Shown here: positions 31,757 to 42,134 of the stretch, piece by piece
How positions within the stretch are numbered: position 1 is the first letter of the stretch
Layout: every line of letters begins with the position of its first letter
Source of the DNA: Deltaproteobacteria bacterium
GTDB lineage: Bacteria; Myxococcota_A; UBA796; UBA2385
Reading direction: 5' to 3'
Length of the DNA: 64,000 bases
Assembly (NCBI GenBank): GCA_018401435.1
Contig: JAGYJW010000024.1
Span: forward strand, 33,122-97,121
The notes under the pieces: generated by a model
Told to the model about the DNA's origin: nothing
The model's input: the letters and a program-made list of their open reading frames with translations, nothing else
Database searches by the model: none
Position numbers and translations under genes: made by a program

Positions 31757-33178
31757 GTGCACCTTGACCCCAAAGCCCTGCGACCCCGGCTGATCGGGGC
31801 GATCCTCCTGCTGGTCTGGGGCGTCGCGCTCTGGCTGCGCTGGCGGCAGCTCTCGGTGGCCCTGGCCCTGGGGGATGCGATGGGGCCCTACTGGTCGGCG
31901 GCGCGCCCCGACCTGCTGCCGCCGCCCCACGCCGCGATCTATGGCGGCGCCCTGGCCTGGCCCCACCGCATCATGCTGCATTGCAGCAATACCCTGTGGC
32001 AGGCCTTCGCGGGCCTCTTTGCGGTGCAGGCCCTGGTGGCGCCGGTGGGGGCCCTGCTGGCTTGGCGGCTGAGCGGGCGCTTGCTGCCCATGGGGGTGGT
32101 GGGGCTGATCCTGGCCCTGGATCCGGGGCTGCTGGACAGCACGGTGAGTGGGGCCGAGGGCTATCTGGGCGCCCTGGCCATCGGCCTGCTGGCCCTGGTG
32201 GTGGCGCGGCCGGGGCCGGCGGCGGGGCTGCTGGGCCCGCTGGCCTTTGGCTTTGCCGTGGCCAACCACCCCCTCTGCCTCAGCGCGGCCCCGCTGCTGC
32301 TGGGCCTGCCCCGAAGCCGGCAGACGGCGCTGGGGCTGGTTGGGGTGGGCCTGCTGCTGTTGCCGCAGGCCTTGCGCATCCTGGCGGCCGGCGGCGGGCT
32401 GGGGCAGGTGCCGCCTTCTGCGCCCCTGGCGGCCTTTTCGGCGACCTGGGAGCTTGGCGGTGCAGGCGCCCTGCTCGCCCCGATCGGGCTGTTGGTGGGC
32501 CTTGTGGGCGCACGCACCCGCAAGCTGGCCGCCTTGACCGGCCTCAGCCTGATCCTGCTGGTCTGCGTGGGGCTGGGCCTGGGCTATCTGCGCGACCACC
32601 ACCTGCGCCTGCTGCTGATCCCCGCGGTGGCGGGGCTGGCGGCCCTTCCGGGGCCTTGGGCCTTGCTGCCGCTGCTGCTGCTGCGCCCACCGGCCTCGGC
32701 CCCGGACTCCCCCTCGGCCTTGCGGCGGCCGGGCACCCTGGGGCTGGAGACCCGGCTGGCCGAGGCCCTGGTAGCCGAAGCGCCGGGGCTGGTGGAGGGG
32801 GCCTGGATCTCGGGGGGGCCCGCGGCCGAGCCTGGGGCCCTGATCCTCGACCTGAAGCTGCGGGGCCAGAAGGACTTCGGCCCCGACGCCGGGCTGGCCC
32901 TGCTGGTGAGCGGCGAGCGAGCGGACCTGGCGCGGCTGCCCCCCGGTCTGCGGTTGCTGCAGAGAGGGGACCGCCACCGCCTGCTGGTGGGCACGGCGGC
33001 GGAGCTTCAGGCCTGGACCGCGGCATTGTGTGCCTCGCCCGACCTGCCCGCGCCGCGCCTGGGGGGGGCCTGGGATGGCCTGGTGCTGGTGCGGCCCGAG
33101 CTGGGGGCGGGTGCCAGCGCGGCCTGGCTGGGCTGTGATGCCGATGGGCAGCCGGCTAGTTCAACGGCGCGCAAATAG
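31757..33178 (+). CDS. polytopic integral membrane protein (function unknown)
   Basis: About 10 hydrophobic segments followed by a soluble C-terminal domain. High GC3. GTG start, divergent from the coiled-coil gene. Confidence 0.55.
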   Translation: MHLDPKALRPRLIGAILLLVWGVALWLRWRQLSVALALGDAMGPYWSAARPDLLPPPHAAIYGGALAWPHRIMLHCSNTLWQAFAGLFAVQALVAPVGALLAWRLSGRLLPMGVVGLILALDPGLLDSTVSGAEGYLGALAIGLLALVVARPGPAAGLLGPLAFGFAVANHPLCLSAAPLLLGLPRSRQTALGLVGVGLLLLPQALRILAAGGGLGQVPPSAPLAAFSATWELGGAGALLAPIGLLVGLVGARTRKLAALTGLSLILLVCVGLGLGYLRDHHLRLLLIPAVAGLAALPGPWALLPLLLLRPPASAPDSPSALRRPGTLGLETRLAEALVAEAPGLVEGAWISGGPAAEPGALILDLKLRGQKDFGPDAGLALLVSGERADLARLPPGLRLLQRGDRHRLLVGTAAELQAWTAALCASPDLPAPRLGGAWDGLVLVRPELGAGASAAWLGCDADGQPASSTARK

Positions 33179-33329
33179 CGCACCATTGAACTACCGCCCT
33201 ATAGGCGGGGGCTTGGCCCCCGCACCGCGCCCAAAGGGCGCTCCCCCACGGCGTCCTCTTGCGAGGCCGCCGGGCGACCGGCGAGAACGCCGGCCGCGCC
33301 CATCGAATCGGAACTACCGATTCGCTGAA

Positions 33330-34247
33330 CTAGCGGCGCAGAAAGGGCAGCACCGCCGCGTTGAACTGCTCGGGGTGGCTCACATTGGGCCCATGCAGCG
33401 CGCCATCAATCACCACCAGCTGGGCGCGGCCCTGCAACATGCCCTCCAGGCGGTGGGCAATCTCCACGGGAAAGACCCTGTCGCCGCTGCCCCAGACCAG
33501 CAGGGTGGGCTGCTGGGGCAGGGGGAGGTCCTGCGCCGCGGGGCCCATGAAAGACACCAGGTCATCCAGTAGCGCGGACTTTTCGGCCACCTGGTCCTGA
33601 AATATCGCGGCGTGCACATCCCGCAGGATGAAGCCGGGTAGGGGCGGGGGATGGGGCTCGACCAGGGCGATGAGATCGCGGATCTGTTCGGGCCTTTCGG
33701 GCAGCAGCAGGGCCTGGGGGCTGGCCACCCCGTGGCGGTCGAGCAGGGCCTGGAGATCCGCCGGCCCGAAGGCGGTGCCCGGGCTGTCCACCAGCACCAG
33801 GCGGCCGATGCGCTCGGGGAAGGTCACCGCCAGCCACCAGGCCACCAGCCCGCCATAGCTCACCCCCACCACGTCGAAACGATCGACCCCAGCAGCGTCG
33901 GCCACCTGCAGCATGGCCTCGGCCTGCAAAGCCAGGGAGCGCCGGGGGTCGGAGCTGGTGCTGCCCCCAAAGAAGACGAGATCGGGCACCAGCAGCGTGT
34001 GTTCGCGGGAAAAGGGCTCCACCTGCCGGTCCCACTGCACCAGGGCGTCGCCGCCAAAGCCCTGGATGAGCATGACCGGCGTGCCTTGGCCGCCCACCCA
34101 GCTCTGCATCGAGCAGCAGGGGCCCTCGACCCGGGTCGAGACCAGGCCGGCCGCTTCGAAGCGGGCCTGCCGGCGCTGGCGGTCCACCGCGGCAAGGTCG
34201 CAGGCGGCGAGGCTGAGAAGGGCGAATAGAGCCAGAAAGGAGCGCAT
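33330..34247 (-). CDS. alpha/beta-fold hydrolase, lipoprotein
   Basis: Lipobox LLSLAAC. Oxyanion region MLIQGFGGD, nucleophile elbow GVSYGG, late GSGDRVFP and HGPNVSHPEQF. Confidence 0.75.
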   Translation of the reverse strand: MRSFLALFALLSLAACDLAAVDRQRRQARFEAAGLVSTRVEGPCCSMQSWVGGQGTPVMLIQGFGGDALVQWDRQVEPFSREHTLLVPDLVFFGGSTSSDPRRSLALQAEAMLQVADAAGVDRFDVVGVSYGGLVAWWLAVTFPERIGRLVLVDSPGTAFGPADLQALLDRHGVASPQALLLPERPEQIRDLIALVEPHPPPLPGFILRDVHAAIFQDQVAEKSALLDDLVSFMGPAAQDLPLPQQPTLLVWGSGDRVFPVEIAHRLEGMLQGRAQLVVIDGALHGPNVSHPEQFNAAVLPFLRR

Positions 34248-34380
34248 GGGCGGGGCTATCCCAGGCCCGCGGGCCGGGCCCGACCGGTGACAGGGCCGGG
34301 GCCCCCCCGTGACGTCTGCGCGACCTCCGTTGACCCCGACAGGGCCCACCGATACGCCAGGGGACCCGCCCGGAGCCACC

Positions 34381-34734
34381 ATGAAGACCGCCTCCCTCGC
34401 CTTGCTGCTGCTGGCGGCGTGCAGCCTGGACGAGACGGATTTTCGGGGGCGCTACGCCGTGGCCCTGTGCGAAGGGGCCCAGGCCTGCGATCCCGACGCC
34501 TTTCTGCAGGAGTGGGGAGATCCCGAAGACTGCCGCCTGACGGCAGAGGCCACCCTCAGCCTGATGCCCCGCAATGGCTGCGAGAAGAAGGAGGACCTCT
34601 TTTCGGACTGCCTGGACGCGGTGGATGCGGCAAGCTGCGATGCGTTGACGGGACCCTATGATGGCATCGCCCAATGCAAGGCGGCCTTTGCCTGTCCCGA
34701 TGCCTATTGGGCCCAGGGGCGGGAGCCGGGCTGA
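34381..34734 (+). CDS. small Cys-rich lipoprotein
   Basis: MKTASLALLLLAAC lipobox and 10 Cys in the mature part. No known motif. Confidence 0.55.
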   Translation: MKTASLALLLLAACSLDETDFRGRYAVALCEGAQACDPDAFLQEWGDPEDCRLTAEATLSLMPRNGCEKKEDLFSDCLDAVDAASCDALTGPYDGIAQCKAAFACPDAYWAQGREPG

Positions 34735-34945
34735 GGGACCCCCTCGATCGCGGTTGCCGAAAGGGGGCAGGGTGGGGCTGCGGTGGGTGAAGGTTCGGCG
34801 ATAGCGGGTGGAGGTCCCGTGCCGTCGCGTCGCAGCGCCCAAGTTCGAGGAGGCGCTGCACGCGACGCGGGTGGGCGCCTTGGCCGACCCGGTGACGCCA
34901 CCGCCAACCAGACAAAGGTGGGCACGGTCCTTGCTGTGAAGGGCC

Positions 34946-35938
34946 TCAGAGCCCCGCCAGGACCGCCTCCGCGATCGCCGCATGGCCCGCCGCGTCGGGG
35001 TGGATGGGCACCGCCATCTCCCGCTCCGCGGCGATGGGTGCTGCGGGGACCTGCTCCCAGAGCCTTCGCAGGTCGATGAAGGGCAGCCCCGCTTCGTCCA
35101 TCAGCCGCGCCATCAGGTCGGCGTCCGCGAGCATCCAGCCGCAGCGGTCCTCGGTGGCCCGGCGGCTGTCGCAACGGGGAGCGCCCACCGGGTTGAGCAG
35201 CACCACCACCGGCCGGGCGCCCAGGCCCTCCACCCGATCCACCAGGGCCCGCAGGTTGCGTTGGAAGGCCTCCTGGCCGATGGCGTCGATGAAGCGAAGG
35301 GCGCCCGTTGGCTTGGGTCGAATCACGAACCAGGCCAGGTTGACCGCGTAGCTGCGCCGGGCCAGCCAGCGCAGCGCGGGCTGGCGAATGGTGTGAGGCA
35401 GGCCCACCAGCCGGCCGTCCTTGGCCAGCAGGGCCCGTGACTCCAGGTCATCGGCGAAGAGGGAGAGCAGCACGAGGTCGGGCCGCCCGTGTTGCAGCTC
35501 GGAGTGGACCTGCTCGAGGGCCCCGCAGTAGCCCAGGCCCGGCAGGGAGAGGTTGCGCAGGTGGACCCGGGTGTCGGGCAGGTTCTGGTGGAGCCGCGCC
35601 GCCAGCCGGTCGGCGAAGCCCTGGCCCGGCTCTACGCCCATGCCATAGGCCATCGAGTCGCCGCTGACCCACAGGCGCAGGTCGCGGCTGCCCTGGCCCA
35701 CCGGCACGTCACGCCCGCGGGCATCGGCGATCTCGCGGTCGCAGGCCAGGTCTTCGCGCAGGCGCTGCCCCGGCGCCACCCGGTAGCGTTCGACCAGGTC
35801 CGGGCGGTCCTGCAGGGCGGCGAGGCTGGGCAGGGTGCCGTGGTAGAGGCGCAAGGCGGCCTCGGCCAGGCCCAGGCCCACGACCAGCGCGGCGAGGGCG
35901 ACCCCCAGGCGAAGCCGCAGCGCGGGCGAGACGGGCAT
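34946..35938 (-). CDS. SGNH/GDSL-family hydrolase
   Basis: N-terminal membrane anchor. Block I WVSGDSMAYG. Late ...PIHPDAAGH (DxxH-like block V). Confidence 0.65.
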   Translation of the reverse strand: MPVSPALRLRLGVALAALVVGLGLAEAALRLYHGTLPSLAALQDRPDLVERYRVAPGQRLREDLACDREIADARGRDVPVGQGSRDLRLWVSGDSMAYGMGVEPGQGFADRLAARLHQNLPDTRVHLRNLSLPGLGYCGALEQVHSELQHGRPDLVLLSLFADDLESRALLAKDGRLVGLPHTIRQPALRWLARRSYAVNLAWFVIRPKPTGALRFIDAIGQEAFQRNLRALVDRVEGLGARPVVVLLNPVGAPRCDSRRATEDRCGWMLADADLMARLMDEAGLPFIDLRRLWEQVPAAPIAAEREMAVPIHPDAAGHAAIAEAVLAGL

Positions 35939-36073
35939 GGACCTCTTCGGACGGACGACGGGATGGAGCTAGCCCGCCTTCCTGGCGGCGCAAGGCCCCT
36001 CGGCCCGGCCCGTCGCCCGGCCCCCCGCGCCCCGGCCGCCGGATGCGATAAGCAGTGCGGAACCGGAGTGCCG

Positions 36074-38905
36074 ATGCCCCTTCCCCGCTGGATCCAGGCC
36101 GTCCTGGTCCTCATCTTGGTGCTGGCCCTGGGGCTGGGGCCGGCCCTGGATGTGGCCGTGGACTGGCTGTGGTTCGACCAGCTGGGCCAGCTCGACCTCT
36201 ACCGGCGCGGGCTGCTGGCCCGGATCGCCGCCGGCCTGGGGGGGGCGCTGCTGGCGGCCCTGGTGATTGGGGGCAACCTGCGCCTGGCCTCGCGGCGGGC
36301 GCCCCTGCAGACCATGCGGCTGAGCTTGCTGCTGGCCGAGCGCACCCGCGATCTGCGCTCCTTGCCCGCCCTCATCCGCGCCGGCATGGTGGCCTTCACC
36401 CTGGGGCCGGCCCTGGTGTTGGGCAGCATGGCCTCGGCCAACTGGATGGAGGGCCTGCAGCTGCTGCATCGGCAGCCCTTCGGGGTGGTGGATCCCATCT
36501 TCGGCCTGGACCTCTCCTTCTTTGTCTATGTGCTGCCTGCCTTCGACATCGCCCGTGTCTTCGTCACCCTGGCCCTGGGTGCGACCCTGGTGAGCTGCTT
36601 GGGTTGGTATGCGCTGCAAGCGGTGGTACGCAACCGCGAGGCCCCGGTGCTGCACGACTTCGCCCGGCGCCACCTGCTGCTGCTGGGGGCCGCCCTGCTG
36701 GCGGTGTTTTCGGTGGAGTGGTTCATGGCCCGCTACGGGCTGCTGTCCACCCAGCACGGCGCGGTCTGGGGCGTGGGCTATGTGGACCGCTACGCGCGCC
36801 TGCCGAGCTTTCTGGCCATGAGCCTGCTGTCCTTGGGTGGGGCCCTGGGGTGGGCCTGGTCGGCCCTGCGCCCGGGCTGGCGCCTGCCCCTGAGCGTGGC
36901 GGCGGCCTATGGCCTGGGCCGGGTGGTGCTCATCGGCCTGCTGCCGGTGGTGGTGCAAGAGCTGGTGGTCGAACCCAACGAGCTGGAGCTGGAGCGACCC
37001 TTCATCGAGCACAGCATCGCGGGCACCCGGGCCGCCTTTGGCTTGGACCGGGTGCAGGTGAGCGCGGTGGCCCCCCAACCGAATGTGGATCTTGCGGGCC
37101 TGCGGGCCGAGGGCAGCACCCTGGACAACGCCCGGCTGTGGGACAGCGAGCCCCTGCTGGCCACCTGGCGGCAGCTTCAAGAGATCCGCCCCTACTACTA
37201 TTTCGGCGATGTGGACGTGGACCGCTACCGGGTCGATGGGCGCCTGCGCATGTTGGCCCTCAGCCCCCGCGAGCTGTCGGCCGCCCGCCTGCCTCAGGGC
37301 GCCCGGGGCTTCGTCAACACCCACCTCCAATATACCCATGGCTATGGCCTCGCGGTCAGCCCCGTGGCCGACGTGACGGCCGAGGGCCTGCCCCGGCTGG
37401 TGGTGCAGGACATCCCGCCCAAGATCACGGTGGACCTGCCCATCACCCGGCCCGAGATCTACTTTGGTGAAGAGACGGTCGAGCACGTCTTCGTGCGCAC
37501 CGGCATCGAAGAGTTCGACCGTCCCGACGGGGACAGCAACCAGACGGTGCAGTACGCCGGAGAGGGGGGGGTGCCCATGCCCACCTTCCTGCACAAGCTG
37601 CTCTTTGCCTTGCACCTGGGACAGGCCGACCTGCTGCTGACCGACTACCTCACCCCCGACAGCCGGGTGATGCTGCGTCGGCAGGTGCGCAGCCGAGTGA
37701 GCACCTTGCTGCCCTTTCTACGGCTGGATTCCGACCCCTACCCGGTCATCCACGAGGGGCGCCTGGTGTGGATGGTGGATGGCTACACCACCACCTCGCG
37801 CTACCCCTATGCCGAGCCCTTCACCCTGTCTGCAGGCGGCTTGATGGGCGGCCGGCGGCCGGGCATCGGCCCCGACAGCTTCAACTATATCCGCGGCGCG
37901 ACAAAGGTGACGGTAGACGCCTATGATGGGTCGGTTCACATCTATGTCTCCGACCCTGCCGACCCGATGATTCGCACCTGGCAGGCGGCATTCCCCAACA
38001 GCTTCCAGCCGCTCTCGGAGATGCCCGAGGGCCTGCGGGCCCACCTGCGCTACCCCGCCGACCTCTTCACCGTGCAGAGCCAACTCTACAACACCTACCA
38101 TATGGTCGATCCCACCGTCTTCTACAACAAGGAGGACCTGTGGGAGCCCAGCCGCGAGGTTCACATCAGTGACGGGCGGCGCCAGGACCGCGACATGCCG
38201 GCCGCCTATACGATGCTCACCCTGCCGGGCGAGGAGGAGGCCGAGATGGTGCTGCTTCAGCCCTATTCGCCCGCGGGCAAGGACAACCTGATCGGCTGGC
38301 TGGCCGCCCGTTGCGACGGGCCGGTCTATGGGGGGCTGGTGCTCAACGCCTTGCCCAAGCAGGAGCTGTATTATGGGCCCCGGCAGATCGAGTCGCGCAT
38401 CGACCAGGACGCCGACATCAGCCAGCAGCTGACCCTTTGGAACCAGCAGGGCAGCTCGGTGCAGCGCGGGAACCTGCTGGTGCTGCCCATTGGCGGGGCC
38501 CTGCTCTATGTCGAGCCCCTCTACCTGCAGGCGGCGTCGGGCCAGCTGCCCGAGCTCAAGCGGGTGATCGTGGCCTTCGACAACCGCATCGTGATGCGGC
38601 CCACGCTGGATGAGGCCCTGATGGCCCTCTTTGCCGAAACGGGTGGTGCGGCCCTGCGCAGCCCCCAGAGCCTGCCGGCCCCACCCGCCGCGGACCCTGT
38701 GGCCCCCTCCGCCGCGGCCACCGGCCCGATGGCGATCGAGGTGGCCCGGGCGAATGCGGCCTGGCAGCGGGCCCGCGAGCGCCAGCAAGCCGGCGACTGG
38801 GCCGGCTATGGCGACGCCATCGCAGAGCTGGAGGCCGCCCTGACCGCCTTGCAGCAAGCGGTGGAGACGCCCGCCCCTGCGGCCCCGACCCCCGCAGGGG
38901 GATAG
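36074..38905 (+). CDS. UPF0182 family large membrane protein
   Basis: ATG 36074. Seven or more N-terminal TM segments with DWLWFDQLG, then a long soluble part with YYFGDVDVDRY, HLQYTHGYG and LVLPIGGALLYVEPLYLQA, typical of UPF0182. Uninterrupted for 943 aa. Confidence 0.8.
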   Translation: MPLPRWIQAVLVLILVLALGLGPALDVAVDWLWFDQLGQLDLYRRGLLARIAAGLGGALLAALVIGGNLRLASRRAPLQTMRLSLLLAERTRDLRSLPALIRAGMVAFTLGPALVLGSMASANWMEGLQLLHRQPFGVVDPIFGLDLSFFVYVLPAFDIARVFVTLALGATLVSCLGWYALQAVVRNREAPVLHDFARRHLLLLGAALLAVFSVEWFMARYGLLSTQHGAVWGVGYVDRYARLPSFLAMSLLSLGGALGWAWSALRPGWRLPLSVAAAYGLGRVVLIGLLPVVVQELVVEPNELELERPFIEHSIAGTRAAFGLDRVQVSAVAPQPNVDLAGLRAEGSTLDNARLWDSEPLLATWRQLQEIRPYYYFGDVDVDRYRVDGRLRMLALSPRELSAARLPQGARGFVNTHLQYTHGYGLAVSPVADVTAEGLPRLVVQDIPPKITVDLPITRPEIYFGEETVEHVFVRTGIEEFDRPDGDSNQTVQYAGEGGVPMPTFLHKLLFALHLGQADLLLTDYLTPDSRVMLRRQVRSRVSTLLPFLRLDSDPYPVIHEGRLVWMVDGYTTTSRYPYAEPFTLSAGGLMGGRRPGIGPDSFNYIRGATKVTVDAYDGSVHIYVSDPADPMIRTWQAAFPNSFQPLSEMPEGLRAHLRYPADLFTVQSQLYNTYHMVDPTVFYNKEDLWEPSREVHISDGRRQDRDMPAAYTMLTLPGEEEAEMVLLQPYSPAGKDNLIGWLAARCDGPVYGGLVLNALPKQELYYGPRQIESRIDQDADISQQLTLWNQQGSSVQRGNLLVLPIGGALLYVEPLYLQAASGQLPELKRVIVAFDNRIVMRPTLDEALMALFAETGGAALRSPQSLPAPPAADPVAPSAAATGPMAIEVARANAAWQRARERQQAGDWAGYGDAIAELEAALTALQQAVETPAPAAPTPAGG

Positions 38906-38941
38906 GGGCCTCCTCCCCGACGCCCCCCGCTGGAGCCCCCC

Positions 38942-39796
38942 ATGCTTCTCCACCAGCAGACGGTTGACCGCGCCAACCTCAAGCGGCCGGTCTTCGCCGT
39001 GACCGCCGGACGCTCCGGCACCAAGTACCTGCAGAAGCTCTTTGCGCTGCTGCCCGACACCCTCAGCCTGCACGAGTCTTCGCCCAACTTCGTGCACGCC
39101 ATGCGCCACGCCCAGACCAACCCCGAAGCGGCGGTGGCCTTTGTGCGCGACCAGAAGCTGCCCTTCATCGCGGGTCAGGACGAGGCCCGCTATGTCGAGA
39201 CCAGCCCGCTCTTCTGCAAGGGCTTCGCCGAGGCCTTCATCCGCCTGGGTGTCATCCCCGACATCATCGTGCTGCGGCGCAATCCCCGCGAGATCGCCCG
39301 GTCCCTGCTGCGCCTGAACAGCGTGCCGGCCCGCACCGGCCTGGGGGTGCGCTACCTGCTGCAGCCCAATGACCCGGGCGCCCTGCCGCTGCCCCTGTGG
39401 ACGCACATGTCCAACTACCAGCTCTGCTTCTGGTATGCGCTGGAGATCGAGCGCCGGCAGCTGCGCTACGCCGAGATCTTCCGGGATCTGGGCCGCCGGG
39501 TGGTGGAGGTGCAGCTGATGGAGCTGCTGGACTTCCAGCGCTTCCGGGCAGTGGCCGGCGAACTCGGCTTCTTGACCACCGCGGTGAAGGACCTCGAGAC
39601 CCGCTTTGAAGAGCTGGCCCAGATTCGCCACAACACGGTGGGCGAGGGCCCGGTGCCCGGCGTGGACTCCGACCTGGGAGCGGCCGAGAATGCCGTCTGG
39701 GACGGCATCTTCCACTATGAGCCCCTGCTGCGCACCAAGGTGATGGCCCGCTACGAAGGCGTGGCCCCGGCCCCCATCCCCGACGACGAAGCCTGA
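38942..39796 (+). CDS. sulfotransferase-like protein
   Basis: AVTAGRSGTKYLQKLF resembles the 5'-PSB loop and IIVLRRNPREIARSL the 3'-PB region. GGAG lies 7-8 nt upstream of the ATG. Confidence 0.5.
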   Translation: MLLHQQTVDRANLKRPVFAVTAGRSGTKYLQKLFALLPDTLSLHESSPNFVHAMRHAQTNPEAAVAFVRDQKLPFIAGQDEARYVETSPLFCKGFAEAFIRLGVIPDIIVLRRNPREIARSLLRLNSVPARTGLGVRYLLQPNDPGALPLPLWTHMSNYQLCFWYALEIERRQLRYAEIFRDLGRRVVEVQLMELLDFQRFRAVAGELGFLTTAVKDLETRFEELAQIRHNTVGEGPVPGVDSDLGAAENAVWDGIFHYEPLLRTKVMARYEGVAPAPIPDDEA

Positions 39797-39797
39797 G

Positions 39798-41608
39798 GTG
39801 CGGGGCCCGGTCCTGGCCAGCCTGTTGTGGGCCTGCGCCCATCCCGTGCCCCCACCAATCCAGCCCGCCACGCTGCGTCCCGAGACCCGCGCGGCGGCGG
39901 TGGCCGGCGTGCAAGACCCGGCCCTGGCGACGCTGCTGGCCGATCACTGGGCCTTTGTGCTGGATTCCAGCCCCGAGTGGGCGACGGTGCTGGGTGAGCC
40001 CGGCCGGGCGGGGCAGATCGACGATGTCGGTCCCGCCGCCCGGGCCGAGGCGCGCGCCACCCGCGACGCCCTGCTGAAGCGCGCTCTGGCCCTCGATCCG
40101 GCCACGCTGTCCGACACGGACCGGGACAGCCTGGACATGCTGCGCTTTCAACTGCAGTCCGACGCCGACGACGATGTCTGCCACTTCCACCAGTGGTCCC
40201 TGTCGGCGCGCAGCAACGCGGTGGGCTGGGCCAACGGTCTCTACCAGGACTTTCCCACGATGGACCCGGCGGCGGGGGCGGCCCTGCTGGCGCGCTACCG
40301 GGCGGTGCCCCGCCGGGTGGACCAGGACATCGCCAACCTGCGCGAGGGCATCGCAGCGGGCCGCAGCCCGGACGCCGAAGCCTTGCGCCGCACCCTGGCC
40401 CTGGTGGACGCCGAGCTGGCCCGCCCCCTGGCCGAGCTGGAGCTGCTCGCCCCACCCGCGCCCCGCGCCCCGAGAGCTGGCAGGACGCGGCCTGGGCGGC
40501 CTGGCGGGCGGACCTGGCCCAGGAGGTCGAAGGCAGCGTGCTGCCGGCCTGGCGGCGCTACCGGGCCTTTCTGGCCGATGAGCTGGCCCCGGTGGCCCGC
40601 AGCGGCGCGGTGGGGCTGACGGGCCTGCCCGATGGGGCGGCCTGCTATGCGGCCCGGGTGCGGCGCTTCACCACGCTGGACCTGGACGCGGACGCCGTGC
40701 ACGCCGCGGGTCTGGCCGATATCGCCGCCAACCACGCCGCCCTGGCGGTGCTGGGCGAGCGGGCCTTCGGGCTGGCCGACGCCTCGGCCGTGATCGGCCG
40801 GCTGCGCCAAGATCCCGACCTGGGCTTTGATTCGGAGGCGGCAGTGGTGCAGGCGGCAAGAGACGCCCTCGCCGATGCCCAGGCGGCCTTGCCCGGCAGC
40901 TTCGGGCGTCTGCCCCAGGCCACCTGCGAAGTGGAGGAGATGCCGGCCTTCGAGGCGCCTTATTCCACCATCGCCTACTACCGGCAGCCCCTGCCCGACG
41001 GGGCCCGGCCCGGCGCCTATGTGGTCAACAGCAGCCAGCCGGCGACCCGCCCGCGCTTTGAGGCCCGGGCCCTGGCCTTTCACGAGTCCGTGCCGGGACA
41101 CCACCTCCAGATCGCCCTCAGTCAGGAGCTTCCGGCCACGCCGGCCTTCCGCCGGCACGTCGGGGCCACGGCCTTTGTGGAGGGCTGGGCCCTCTATGCC
41201 GAGGTGCTGGCCGGCGAGCAGGGGCTCTACCGCGACGATCTCGACCGGTTGGGCATGCTGAGCTTCGATGCCTGGCGGGCCAGCCGGCTGGTGGTGGACA
41301 CGGGCATCCACCACCTGGGCTGGAGCCGGCAGCAGGCGGTGGACTATATGCGCGAGAATACGCCCCTGGCGCTCAACAACATCGACAACGAGGTGGATCG
41401 CTACATCTCGTGGCCGGGACAGGCGCTGGCCTACAAGACCGGCCAGCGCGAGATCCTGGCCTTGCGGGCGATGGCCCGCGAGCGCCTGGGGGATCGCTTC
41501 GATCTGCGCGCCTTTCACGACGTGGTGCTGGGGGGCGGCGCGGTCACCTTGCCGGTGCTGCGGCGGCGGGTGGAGAGCTGGGTTGTCGCGGTGGCGGACG
41601 CTTCCTGA
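39798..41608 (+). pseudogene. DUF885-family protein, one frameshift near 40445-40475
   Basis: The N-terminal half is in the frame of 39798 (lipobox-like LLWAC; ...DSLDMLRFQLQ...). The C-terminal half is in the frame of ORF 40193-41608 (HESVPGHHLQ, WRASRLVVDTGIHHLGWSRQQAVDYM, EVDRYISWPGQALAYKTGQ). The switch occurs in a C-run. Confidence 0.75.
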
Positions 41609-41705
41609 CCGCCTTTGTGGGAGCCCTCGGAGGGTGACCGGATAGCCTCTGCCCTGACCCCCGCTGGAGCCCCCATGTCGCCCCCTGCGCCCCCCAGAGC
41701 CCCGG

Positions 41706-42131
41706 GTGATGGTCGTCGAGGGTGGTCGGCAGGCCGGCGATCCGCCCTCTGCTGGCGATCCGCCCCGCCTGGTGCTGGCCCCCACGCCCACCGCCGAGGA
41801 CGTCGACACGGCGCCCCCCGCCCGCTTTCAGCGCCTGGGGCCCGATCTCGTGCAACTCGCGGACGATGAAGGCGCCGGGCGCATCTTCGTGGATGGAAGC
41901 TGCCCGGAACAGGCCCTCTTCCTGGGCGAGCAGGCGGGCCATTACCGCCTGCAGCTTCGCCAGGGGGCGATCTGGGTGCGCCGGAATGCCGGCCCGGCGG
42001 TGATCCTGCGGGCGGGCCAGAGCCTGGATGTGCAGGGCTGCGTCCTGTCGGTGTCCTGGGCCTCGGCCGAGCCCGCCCGGGGGCGCTACCTGCGCCTTCC
42101 CCCGCACCCGCTCCCCTCCCTCCCCGAGTGA
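41706..42131 (+). CDS. hypothetical protein
   Basis: High GC3 ORF. A conserved leader plus ATG at 41675 lies in a different frame, so the start is uncertain and the 5' end may carry a frameshift. Confidence 0.35.
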   Translation: MMVVEGGRQAGDPPSAGDPPRLVLAPTPTAEDVDTAPPARFQRLGPDLVQLADDEGAGRIFVDGSCPEQALFLGEQAGHYRLQLRQGAIWVRRNAGPAVILRAGQSLDVQGCVLSVSWASAEPARGRYLRLPPHPLPSLPE

Positions 42132-42134
42132 CCC

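Noticed and set aside
27772-31767. Uninterrupted 1331-codon ORF on the plus strand, opposite the broken coiled-coil gene
   Set aside because: Its composition alternates between Gly/Leu/Ala-rich and Arg/Pro/Gly-rich patches, in step with the frame switches of the minus-strand gene. Third-position GC is lower than for the antisense codons. This is the expected stop-free shadow of GCC/GAG/CGC/CTG-rich coding DNA, not a gene.
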